Assembly: GCF_001949145.1 (NCBI RefSeq)
Contig: NW_019091401.1
Coordinates: forward strand, 1,178,001-1,240,000
Direction: 5' to 3'
Origin: Acanthaster planci
Taxonomy: Eukaryota
DNA: 62,000 nucleotides
Shown: piece after piece, positions 38,161-50,228 of the stretch
Position numbering within the stretch: the stretch's first letter is position 1
Layout of the letters: each line of letters begins with the position of its first letter
Notes under the pieces: generated by a model
What the model was told of the DNA's origin: nothing
The model's input: the letters and a program-made list of their open reading frames with translations, nothing else
The model's database searches: none
Translations under genes and position numbers: made by a program

Positions 38161-39378
38161 ATGTGGTGTACACCATTGGCTTTTGTCGTAATTTCACAAG
38201 ATTGGATGATTACAGTGGGTAATATTCACTGCAACTTACATTCCACTCACTTGTTTCATGATTGAGTCAACTGCTTTGTGAAAAAAACGAGAAAAACAGC
38301 GCGGCATTTTCAACTTTTAAATTGAAGGTCTGTAGGCCTAGTTTATCTTGCGTAAAACCTATGGATTTTAGGGCGTTCGTAGAACATCGTCCGCGGGGTC
38401 AGGGTTGGAAACAAGCATAACAGGCTCATTCCCTTAATAAAGGAGCAGTTTTCAACGGCTATGAGTAATCAGTTAATTAACATTGGAGTAATGTGCCTCC
38501 TCGACAATGTAGCATTGCGGATTCATGGAAAAACTTCATCCAGGAACACAGCAGTCGACTCGTGTCCGTAAAATAGGCCTATGATTATGCACGTGCGCAT
38601 GCACGATCATGTTTATAACGCCACTTCCATGTCAGGTCAGTTCACACATCGATGAAAGTCTAGAACACCTTTCATAGTAGAGTCATTAATAAGTAAAAAG
38701 AATTATGTCTTAAAGCATGGGAGGATTAACGTGTGAAAATCGTACTTTTTGTTGACGAAATTCATCGTGCTCGCGGAAACAGCCGCCATATTGGATCATT
38801 CCATTATTAACTAGGGATGATTTTGAATTCGCAAAGTTTTCCGTTAAAAAACCCTTTCCTTGGATAAAATTCAACTTCACACGGATCCAAATTATAATTT
38901 CAGTTCACAGTGTTTTTGGTGAAAGAATTGTCAGTATGTTTTTTAGCTGGTTTTAAGTTTACCCGTTCATTAATGGAGACTCCCACAACATTTGCAAACA
39001 CTACAAAATAAAATTGGCCCCTGTTAAAAGATGTAATGTGCGAAGTGAAATTAACTCTTTTACCATGCTCGGCCGACCATCGTGATAAAAGAGAACAAAA
39101 TCTTTGTTTTTAAAAAAAAAAACTACAGCATTCTGGGTGGAAATATTTGACAGACTGACTGAGACTGTTATGTACTTTCTTTCTAGTAAGATATTTCAGG
39201 ATTATACGCACGGACATGTATAATAAAATCTGGACTCGCAATGCCTTTAATCAGCTTATAGAGTCATTGNTGGCTTCTTTTTCATACAAAGGCGTTGCAG
39301 GTCCAGGTTTTTTTTATATACGTCCGTGATTATACGGTCGTCCGATTTTCGGGATTTTACCAGTGGTGTACACCACCT
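38161..39378. mobile_element. Non-autonomous Kolobok-like DNA transposon (TTAA TSD)
   Basis: TTAA|atgtggtgtacaccattgg ... ccagtggtgtacaccacct|TTAA, 17/19 TIR match. Confidence 0.75.
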
Positions 39379-39500
39379 TTAAGACTGGACCGGTCCGTTC
39401 GAAGCGGATTTAATAAATAAAAAAATAATAGGGCTTAAAGTTACATATAATCAATTCTAAACAGATACAATCACACCAGGTGCCTGTTCTGTGACTTCCG

Positions 39501-39825
39501 CTAGGTCTCAACGGCCACTTGATCCACCTGACCTCTCTTGTGTCGGCAGGGCACGATCGTTCTCCTCCAAGCCGCCGACAGAAAGTCAACGGCGGCCGCA
39601 CGGAAGTGGGCGTTTCTCATGGAGTAGACAAAGGGGTTGCAGGCTGGGATGACAAACACAAGGGCTACGGCCACAGTCAGGTAGATAGGTGAGGAGTCGT
39701 CGTGCCGGAGACTGCCAAAGCTCACCACCAGGCTGAGGACTGTGATCGGGGTCCAGCACAGCACGAAGATGCCGAGGAGAATGAGCAAAGTAATCGCAGT
39801 GCGGAGATCGGCATGGCGGCGGGGT
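39501..39825 (-). CDS. Class A (rhodopsin-like) GPCR, last exon (TM6, TM7, helix 8)
   Basis: Acceptor tctttctcacag; FVLCWTP, CNPFVY, FRAA; phase matches exon 1 (CA|A = Gln). Confidence 0.9.
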
Positions 39826-40796
39826 CTGTGAGAAAGACGATGCACAAAGATAGACGACGTATTGTCAGAGTTTTATCAAGCCACAGTCGGTTAAAGGAGG
39901 GAACGAGGGAGATTTCCCCCTTTCAATATTTGCATTCTCATCCAAAGAAGAAGCTGTCTGTCGGGCCTCTGTTTCGCTTGTCACTTATTTTTTCATTGGC
40001 CGACCTATTTTTTTTTCAGCCGATCAAATCAATTCTACATCTGAAATATGCCCCTGGACTTTTACGCACGATACGTTTATCTATTCACCCCCCCCTTTAT
40101 AACTCGAGTCATTCTTAGCAACTACTACCTACAACATCACGAGCTCTCTACACCGGTGAAAAATTAACAGCAACGTCACAAGGGGAATACAAGCAATAGG
40201 AAATTGTCAATTTAATCATCTGACACTTTAAATTTACACAGAGCAGCAAAGACTTCAGAATAAGTTGCTAAAAATTGACATTAACAGGCAACCACAGAAA
40301 TTTATCAGTCAACCGCTGTACCAATTAAGGAGTTCCAACTGAAGGTAACTTTTTTTGAAACGACAGCCCAGAATAAATTACCTCAGTGGACCAAATAATT
40401 GTTCATCTAGTTCAATCGTCGCAAAGGTGGAACAATAAACATCTGGAATGTTCTCATTAAAAAAATGAGAATCTATAAATCACAAGTGAATGCGGAATGC
40501 CCAGAACATGGTATTCGATGGCAAATAAGAAAATTGTATGCAGCTGCTCTCTTTGCTTGATGAAAACCACGGACTTTGTGGTTTGCGTTGGCCGTCCATC
40601 CGATATGTTTTATATCGGGCGGTTGCTATGGCGACAAAATGGAAGCGGTCTTCGCGTGCGGGCCTTAAAGGACTACACAATAATCTCATGGCGTGAACAG
40701 CAAATAATCCGTAGAGATAACTGCCATAGCATTAACCTGAATTTGGTTTTCAAAGCTCACACTGAAGTGTATTCATTTTTTTTAATGTATTTTAAA

Positions 40797-41158
40797 CAGT
40801 CGCGTAAATTTGTGCCGAAAATTCGAGGGGGGTGGGGGATGGGAAAGAGAGTATGGCTTTCCCAGCCATGCCATTAAAATTTGGAAAGCGGGGGTGGGGG
40901 GTGATGACACCATTCTGACTCTATATAGAGGTTGATGTTCATGATATTAATGCACGTCTGTAATATGTATTACACTCGTATAGAATCTTACATCATAATG
41001 CCATATTCATGGCTTTTAAAAAATGATTTTCCCTTTTTTGAGTGGTATTGAATTCATTTTAGTCGTTGGGAAGTCTGAAAAATTCACAATCGGCTTTAAT
41101 TTTTGGCTCATCACAGAAAGTGGGGGATATATCCCCATCCCCTGGGATTAACGCCATG
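40797..41158 (+). mobile_element. hAT-like MITE, same family as 9878-10270
   Basis: cagtcgcgtaaat...gattaacgccatg ends; 8-bp flanks attttaaa/atttaaaa; shared internal blocks (agaatcttacatca, tagtcgttg.gaa). Confidence 0.8.
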
Positions 41159-41499
41159 ATTTAAAAAGCACATTATCTTAACATACATTCGCCTTTTGAC
41201 TGAGCGATTCTTTTAGGCATTTTTGAGACAGTGAAGAAACAAAGATGACCCCAAAACCAATTTTTCAATTTTTGTCACTTTAGACATAATTATTTACAAA
41301 GAAAGAAAGAAACAAATAAATGCTAAATGATTCGGACATCGATCAGTCTCGGATGTGAAATTTACATGAAGCCTGAAACAAATTTCTAAATTTATATAAG
41401 AGAGAGTAAAAAAAGAGAAAGATCAAGGTGAAAAAAAATACAAATGAAGAATTAAATAATAAATCTATTTTGCCTGCATATAGAAAATTTGTATAGTCT

Positions 41500-42967
41500 A
41501 CGGAAGATTAAATGACCATCCATGTTACTTGGTTACTGAGTTAATTTATCGTCGACACAAAGAAATATACATTGGATAACACTGCTTAGATAAATTATCC
41601 CCAACACACAGGTTCAACGATAACGCTTTGTGGGAAAATCGGTTAAAATTCAGAAATAACGTATTTCGAAAACATGGAGTTCAACAATAATGTGTATCTC
41701 GGAAATCATCCTAAAATCAATTATAATGTATCGCGGAATCTATCTCGAAAACCCAGAATTAACATTTTGTGCAATCACATGGCGCGTAGCCTTTGCAGTA
41801 TATAGTATGTACGGACCTCTGGAAGTGCCATCCGACTTATTGAGATCCTATTTTTTTTCTCGGGACGACGACGTTATACAGGCAAAACGTCGACATCCTT
41901 AGATATTTATCATAGGATGACGTCATCAGTCGTAAAAGTGGAATAATAACATTATCTGTCGATGGGTGCATTGACAAACCAAACGCACGGGTGGCCTGAG
42001 GTGCCACTGTTTTTAAGCATTTGCCTCCTATTGCTATAAGCTACCACTTGATAAGCCTTTTGCGAGTTAAATTTGAATAAAATCTGGTACACTGAGTTAT
42101 CTGATTGCACATAAACATAACAATTTGAATTTCCCAGACTAAAGACACTGTTACTAGTCGTGATTCGTGGCAAGCTTTTGCATACCGAGCACCATCTCTG
42201 GAAAGGACTGGTTCCTTTGTGCCCTTCTTATCCATTGAAAACAGTGTATTAGTGCAAGGCGTCTCTTATGTAACTAAGCAAAACGTTAACCTGAATCACG
42301 CATAGCAACAGGTGTAGCAATATCATGTATGGCAACACGAGGACAATGATGGGAAAAACAGTGGCACCTCAGGCCACCTGTGTGTTTTCAAGATGGTTTG
42401 TCAATGCACCCATTGACAAATAATGTTATTATTCCACTTTTACGATATCTAAGGATGTCGATATTTTACCTGTATAATGTCGTCATCCCGAGAAAAAATG
42501 TCAGGATCTCAATAAGTCGGATGGCACTTCCAGACGTCCGTACATACTATACCCTGTAAAGGCTACGCAAAACGCGAGTGCACAAAATGTGAAAGATTCT
42601 GAGATGCACTATCATTGAATTTGGTGTATTGGAGATACATTACCAGTGACTTCCGTATTTCGAAGATACATTATCGTTGAATTTTGTGTTTCAGAGATAC
42701 ACTGTCATTGAAATCCGTGTTTCGAATTTTGTGTTTCCGAGATGCGCTATCATCGATTTCGGGTTTTCCGAGATATATTATCTTTGACATCTATATTTAG
42801 GATATACATTATCATTGAAATCGGTGTTTCCAAAAACCGTTACCATTGAATTCCGTGTTTCAGGGATTATTTATCTTTGAAATCAGTGTTATCCAGTGTA
42901 TTTTTCTGTGTTTCAACGATAAATTAACTCAGTAACCAGTGACATCAGTGGCCATGGAAGCGTCCGT
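41500..42967. mobile_element. 1.47-kb foldback element with long internally repetitive inverted arms
   Basis: ggttactgagttaatttatcgt vs acgataaattaactcagtaacc; tggaagtgccatccgacttattgagatcct vs aggatctcaataagtcggatggcacttcca; ggtggcctgaggtgccactgttttt vs aaaaacagtggcacctcaggccacc; ~33-bp tandem units in the outer arms. Confidence 0.9.
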
Positions 42968-43020
42968 TCTCTCGGGATCGATACGGGTATACCTCGTATA
43001 GAAAGAGAGAGGGGAGTTGA

Positions 43021-43577
43021 GAAAGGACACAGCAATTATTTGCAAAAGCTACATATCAAATGAATTCGTCCTATCCCTGTAAGAAAAATTACAACTTTCT
43101 GACAAATTTTTTCCCATAAATCTAACAGAAAAGTGCACTTCCATTGCAAATTGTCCGTACTTATCGTAAAAAAGTAAGGGTGCCGTTGCGGTGATGTGTT
43201 TCATTGAAAAAGTGTTTCTTCTAGGGGCTTTCAGTTTAATCTGTGGACCCAAAATGTCCTTATTGAAACTATATTTAGAGAACACCTTACCCACTGGTCC
43301 ACTGCCATTAACCGAAATATGAGCGTTTCACCAAAGAAAATAAACGAGACAGCAAAATATCGAAAATCTGGCAAATATTGACGTCGAAATCACTGTAACA
43401 CTGAGGTTTCTTCCTGGACTGGCATCACACTTTTGGTTATGAATATGCATTTGCATCAGCAAAAACAAACTCCAGAAGCAACTCAAATGTCCTCAAACTG
43501 GCAACATGAAAATTGTATACGGTGTTAAATGAGACCTGATGGGTATTTACATGTGCTGCGCATATTGTATGTGCCCT
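43021..43577. mobile_element. Possible degenerate Kolobok-like MITE
   Basis: Right end attgtatgtgccct|ttaa; weak left partner aaaggacacagcaat. Confidence 0.3.
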
Positions 43578-44929
43578 TTAAAAAATTATTTTTTGGGCGA
43601 TTAAAGTTACGGAGATGTTTCACTTTATATTCTCAGCAAATGATCACAATATAATCAAAATGTGATTCGAAGGTTGTAACTGTCTTCACGTTTTAAAACG
43701 AACGACCAGCCTTCATTTTTCTACACTTCACATTTAAACTTAATTTGTGGTCAATATCTGACAATTCTAATAACTATTTAATCTAAGGACAAAGTCGAAG
43801 TCATAGTAAATGCGGTGTAGATATTATCTTCTTGTTGCTGTTTCACGATTTGTTATTGAATGCATAAAACTGCGATGTATTTTTAGCATCTAACAGAAAA
43901 GGCTAAAACATCTTCCCGGGTTGCTTTTTCTGAGTTTGATGTATCGAGGTTCTTCAAATCTTCAGCGGTGAGAAACTAGGTTTCTCTCCCACCAAAATAA
44001 ACCTGCTCTTCAATTTCCTACGGGATCAGGCTCGCTCGGTGATAGGAGCGTTCTCGATCGTGTGAGCGTGGCTTGGGGGCGAGACATGAAGTAATTGATA
44101 TCAGTGATTTCATTACGAGCAGTCGAGTGAAAAAAATCTGACAGGCACATCTTAGACCATCGAAACACCGCGGGTTTGCTACACGGAAGGCCCCGATTTT
44201 TTTTATTTGGATGGAGTTATCAAACACTGAAAAAACCCAATATTTTCAAATGCATGGGCATAATTCTAAAACAGTAAAAAAAATGTATATCACAGATATA
44301 CATGTATATAAGGCAATCAATATTAAATATACGAGACACACATGAAACATAAGAATTGCACATGGAGCAACACGTAAATGCACAATAATTAAACAAAATA
44401 CAACAAACGAATCGTGGATAATCTCGTCTCATTTCACATGTCAGTGAATCGTTCCGATACACGTCACGGCCGCCGGCAAATGGACGTTCCACCCCACGAG
44501 TATTTGAATTTCCATTTCACGGTAAATAGAAGCCAGTGAACAGCCTAGGAGAATACTGTAACGTATGGAATCTGAGTGCTGTCCAGCCTTACAACGGTCC
44601 GTGTATGGTGAGATTACCAAGGAAATGTAGAAATTTATACCATACAAGTGATTAACTGTGCATGTACTGAGAGGGATAACTCGATCGTGTATGGAGCTTA
44701 GATTATAAGCCCGACTGTGTTGGAACGAATGGCAACAGCTCTGAAGTCTTTACACCCAATTGGTTCTACGTGCTGTATGTCTTATACCCCTTTAATTCGA
44801 AGAAAGTACATTCCATGTACGTGCATTAGGTTCTGAAAATGATTTTAAGCATATTCCCATTCCGTCTGTGGAGATAAAGTTGTTCACAATGACTTCCATG
44901 TACTTCCGTTAATTATATTTCACTGCAAA

Positions 44930-45232
44930 TGGGACGTAAGACCAACAAGGCGTAGGACCAGTGGGACGTAGGACCAATAGACCAATGGTAGGACATTTAG
45001 GACGTAGGACCAATAGACCAATGGTAGGACATTTTGGACGTGGGACCAATAGACCAATGGTAGGACCATTTAGGACGTGGGACCAATAGACCAATGGTAG
45101 GACCAGTGGGACGTGGGACCAATAGACCAATGGTAGGACCAGTGGGACGTAGGACCAATAGACCAATGGTAGGACCATTTAGGACGTGGGACCAACGGGA
45201 CGTATAGAACCAAAAATGGGACGTGAGACCAA
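44930..45232. repeat. ~35-36-bp minisatellite, ~6-7 full copies plus partial units
   Basis: Unit ggacgt(a/g)ggaccaatagaccaatggtaggacca(gt/ttt). Confidence 0.95.
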
Positions 45233-48200
45233 AGAAATGTCCCAAATTGAATAGGCCTAAGAGGTCAGCTCTAGATTGAAAGGAATAGGAAAGACAAAGA
45301 AACAATCCGCCTCCAAACAGAAATATCAGCATATTTCACCAATCTCTGTAATTGTATTGATTTTTTACTTCCCCTTGAATTAAGCCGCCGAACGGACAGC
45401 CTGAGAAAACACACCTCCCGTTTGGAGGATTTTTCCTTCTTCTGGCGTGATGCATGTAATTTCGTAACTTTCCTTCTTCGGTTAACTTGTTGGGTATCAT
45501 TCTGCTTGAAGTGAATTCATTAATCCCCAAGATAGAAAAGGCATTATGGTAGCGTCACAGCACCATATTCTCAACTTTACATAAAGCTGTAAAATGTATA
45601 TTTACATCTTACTACCAAACCCAAAACAAGTAACAAATTTGAAAGAAAAAGTTGAAATGATATCACAAAAAATGGACAAAATTGACAATACTTTCTAGTA
45701 CCCTATACAGTTGGAGGCCAAGCTTTGATTCGGTAGATGCCAAAATTTAAGACAGGAATTTTACTGAAATCTATTTTTTCTCAATGTATTCCTGGCGTTC
45801 AAGCTGTGAATACTATGTTCCTAAAATTGACAATTTCAGGCGCAGCGTCCTCTCAGCGTGTAGAGCTTCTTGGAAAATTGAAGCTCAAATAATAAGCCTA
45901 CACTCTGGAGGTCTTTGCAATTATAACGGAAGACAGCTTGTCCAACTGACAAGAGAGCCTTGTCAGATTACCCGAAAATAGTGGGAGATCCACGAGTTAT
46001 TTATTGACGTTCATGTTTCTTCTATGGCTTTTATTCTTTTTAGTTTGTTTGGTTAGATCTGCAGACCAGTGCCATCTTAATTTCTTCCTTAAAAATTCAC
46101 TTTTTAAATGCACCCTGTCGAATTCTGTGTTTTGTTAACATCGGTGTTATTTCGGATAGGTTTTGCTCGTTTCTGCTGAAGCATATTAGTGATCCATTTC
46201 TGCTTCAACATGTTCAGCAAGCATCCTCTAACTGTCAAACTCACTTCCTCAACCTACTGGATTAAAAAGATCTGCTCAACCCTCCACTGCAGGAGACCAC
46301 ATAACCATGGCAACGGGCATCTGTCAGACAACTCATGAGGTACAGCAACAGGACACGCTCGAAATCACTCCCCGTGTCCAGTATTGTGGTGTCAATTACG
46401 AAACACGAGCTAATATAAAACATTATGAGAACGTATTATTTCAACGATTTTTCGAATCGACTGCTCTCTAAAATTCAAAATATGAATTTTACAAAATGCC
46501 TAGCTTCACGACTGAATAGTCATGTTTAACACGGGATCGGACGAAGGGGCATAGAGTGTTTTTATCTTGTTTGAATATTTTTTTTGCTCCAATAAAAATT
46601 GGAGGGGGTACGTATGTGTAGTAAAATTGCTATAAATTCCAAACTGCAATCAAATTTAACATTTTCAATCACACTAAATTACAGCTAGCGGTTTACTGGA
46701 AATTTAGCTTTAACAAAAGTGGAAAAGCAGAAGCATGCCATTGGTCACAACAACCCACTTTGTGTAGATGTCAATTAAGTCATGGAAATTTTTGTTGTGG
46801 CTGATAAGGACTGTCTTATATATTATCTCCCACACAAGGAAGTCAAGAAGGAAGTACCAAATACTGAATGGTCTGACAAAAAAATTAGTGAAGCCAATCA
46901 AGACTGCATGAGAAAAAAATCAAAATGTAAATTTGGCGGTAAAGAGGGGTTCTTTTAATACGCAATGAGTTTTAGTTACAAACTTAATAAAATCTCTGAA
47001 AAACAGAAAGAAAACATAACTGATGTTAAGAAAACCGTTCCCATATAAACAACCTTGACTGAGGAGACAACACGATTAATTGTCGAGTCCTGTACTGCGA
47101 TCTGACATTTGGTTTAGGCTCTGAAAACGATTTATTAACAACGTGCGTGCTTTTAAAATCTAGTACAATTATGTCGTCGACACGTCCGAGACGTAGCAAG
47201 TGACACTTTCATTGAAAGGCGATTTGGCCAAAAAGCTAAGAGCACAGTGGTCGTATCATTCGCTTGGGGTTTAAGGGACACGGCAGATTTCACAAGCATG
47301 GTGCCCAATTTCGAGGGAAAAAATCGTATCGTGGGCGACGTCAAAACTGCAAAAAAATTAATTAAAATGCAGAGGTCTGCTATTGGGGTCTCTTATAGGT
47401 CTGATCTAACCAGCCTCATGCAATTTATATCTCTGTATATTTCTGCTAAGGTTTGCAGTTTATGTACATGTATAAGATGACATTTTCTCCTCTTTATGTC
47501 TTATTATTCAGTGACAGCTGTCCTCAATTGTGCATAAAATTACAGACCTACAGAACAGGGTAATCTTACATCTTTCTTTTTATCGCCTTGGTGAGACCTG
47601 AGAAAAGACATTGGTCTCCTAAAAATGTGTATTGACTTGTATAATAATCCACAAGAAGCAATTTACAAAAATGGAAAATTTTGAATACCTTGATTCGCTA
47701 TTTAACATCAATCTACATGCTATATCTTAAGCTTCGAAAACCACTTTGCTCTTCACGGGGACATTTTTGATCGTCAAACCCCGAAGGGAATTACCGGTAC
47801 AGTTTCACATCTTCCTTTCACATGCCTTTAAATTCTACAGTAAGTCCAAGCCAAGTTTCGAATTTAATAAAGATTATTCTTTCGAAATTTTGCTCGCGTA
47901 ATTATAGATTGTTTAGACTGAACTTAAGGAGGAACGTGTTGAAACTCGTGACGAACCACGTGAATAAATCCACAATACGCACAAAAGGTGAGCGCCACTT
48001 TAACATCCATTCATGTAATATTTCCCAAAATGCTTTCTCCCCTTGCGGTGTGTGAGTGACAAATTGGAGACAGTGTCTGTCTGTTTCAGCTTTTACTGAC
48101 AGTACTCGGCGGCCGGCGCAGTAATTAAATCAGCAGAGTGTCCGCAGTCGCGTGTGTCGATTTGGTATCATGTTGCAGTCAAATGTCTTCTCCTGTTGCG

Positions 48201-48707
48201 TGATACACTTCGACAACGCCGTACAAGGGTTCAGAATGATGCACAGAGAAACGGACAGCGATACCAATAAGAGGGATTCTTGAGTAGCAATGATTCTTAT
48301 GCATCATTCAGAGACGCAGTTGATTGTGTGATGCCGTAAAATAATAAACTTTTTACATTTTGGAAGGTGCACCTGCTCCCTAGGCCCCCACCAGCCGACA
48401 CACGTAACCTTTTCCTTTGATAATCCTTTGAATCCAAACAAAACGGCGTCGAAAGCGAAAGCAATAAACCTAATCACCAGCGCCAGTATGTTGCAGATGC
48501 GACTGGAAATAACACGTGCACCAAAGGGAAGGCATTAGCTGCATGGCACCTGCTGCCAGGTCCAATTATTCGGTGTATAATCCCGGCTGCGGGCAGATGA
48601 TTCAGACAAAGTTGTAGTCTATGTGTATTCGAGTATTATTTGAATTACTCATGAGACTTGTTCTGTAGTCATTCCCACGACCATATGCAGCAAGGTATGA
48701 GACGGAG

Positions 48708-48773
48708 NNNNNNNNNNNNNNNNNNNNNNNNNNNNNNNNNNNNNNNNNNNNNNNNNNNNNNNNNNNNNNNNNN
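48708..48773. other. Assembly gap (N run)
   Basis: Run of N. Confidence 1.
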
Positions 48774-49410
48774 GTATAGGGATTGGACATGTTGGGGGGG
48801 GGTACCCCTCGGTCTCATTTCTTGCTGGGTATACCCACGACAATTTCGGGATTAAATGTAACTTTGCACGCCATAGTTCGGTGCCATGTGGCTGTGGGCA
48901 AGTTACATTACACACCAGTCAATGCCGACATTGGAATTCTCTGTACCTTGTTCGTTACCCTTTCAACGGTGACCGTCTTTGTAATCTCCACCGTAATCAG
49001 TGATGTTTAAGGACATGCAAGCGCCATTACATGCCGTCTTGCAGTCATAGCAAGGAACAATAGTCTAATGCAAATGGCTCTAGGTTTGTGCCCATTCAGG
49101 TGAAAACGCGCACTCTGTGCTGTAGGCGCCCGTGAAACCAATATGCGCGGACTGTACCCCACTTTCTCCGCAAGTCACCATATCTGTTTGTCTCAAACTT
49201 GAAGATTTAAGAGCATCTGATGAAGTGTCGTTCCGCCAAAACTCGACGTTCCTTATATAAAGGCACCACAACTTGCTTCAAATGTTAATTACACAGAACT
49301 AAAACATTATGATACCCACTTTTGAGCGAATCATGTGATGTTTCATGTTTGTCATTACCACTGTCTTTACAGTGATGGATGATAAATGAAAGCATGGCTG
49401 AGATACTTAC

Positions 49411-50228
49411 TGTTTAGTCGGTCTTGCTAGGATCATATTGTGGGGTTTGACTGCACCAAATATGCTGGGTCCGTCTTGTACCACCGACTGGCTAGCCATT
49501 TGAGACACCGTGTTTGGCAAGGTGCACTTCTTTGCACCTACAGCTCTTACGCGCATCTTAACGCGCCTAAACAGGCGCACATATGTTACTGTCATGGTGG
49601 ACATAGGCGCGAGAACGACCAAAGCGTACCCAATAATCTGACTAACAAGCGGTGGGATTTGCTGGTAGATCTGCTCCTTGCTCTCACTGCTGTTATTTGT
49701 TTCCTTAGCGATGGCCCAGGTGACGATGGAAATTACCGCAGCAGCCAAGGCATAACCCCAAGCAAAGAAGGAAAGATTCCGGGCGCGCCTCCGGCCCACC
49801 TTTTCGTTGGTGTTTGGTTTGGCGACAACGGCGTAACGGTTGATGGCGATCACGCAAAGGATGATGTTGGAGGCGCCGCTCAGCAGAATCAAAAAAAAGA
49901 AGTGAGCCATGTTGAGCTCCACTGTATGCCACTCGCCATGCACGACGCCTACTAAAACCACAGGCAGATTAATCAAGGTGTTGAGTAGGTCCGCCACCGC
50001 CAACATGAAGGCCAAGAAGTTGCCTGGCTTGGCACCTACAGAGTCCCAGGCGTATCGTAAGGTGCCAAGAACCACCACGTTACCTATCACTGATGCTAAA
50101 CCTAGCACCGTCAGAAAGACACAACAGACTGCGATCGCTGCCACCGACCTTTCCTCTAGTTGTCCCTCCTCGCCTAGTTTAGGATCCACCGTAGGACTTG
50201 TCGTGCTGGTTTCGAACGTGGTTGCCAT
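49411..50228 (-). CDS. Class A (rhodopsin-like) GPCR, first coding exon (TM1-TM5, ICL3)
   Basis: GNVVV, LAVADLL, INRY, TM4 W, TM5 P..Y; donor CA|GTAAGT at 49410; joined to 39825 gives ~380 aa. Extra ICL3 exons not excluded. Confidence 0.92.

Noticed and set aside
44909..45332. Repetitive ORFs (VLPLVYWSHVP...)
   Set aside because: Translations of the minisatellite
49080..49252. Candidate middle GPCR exon (acceptor tttatataag, phase-compatible)
   Set aside because: Hits a stop at 49080 with no phase-compatible donor; direct splicing of the two exons already works
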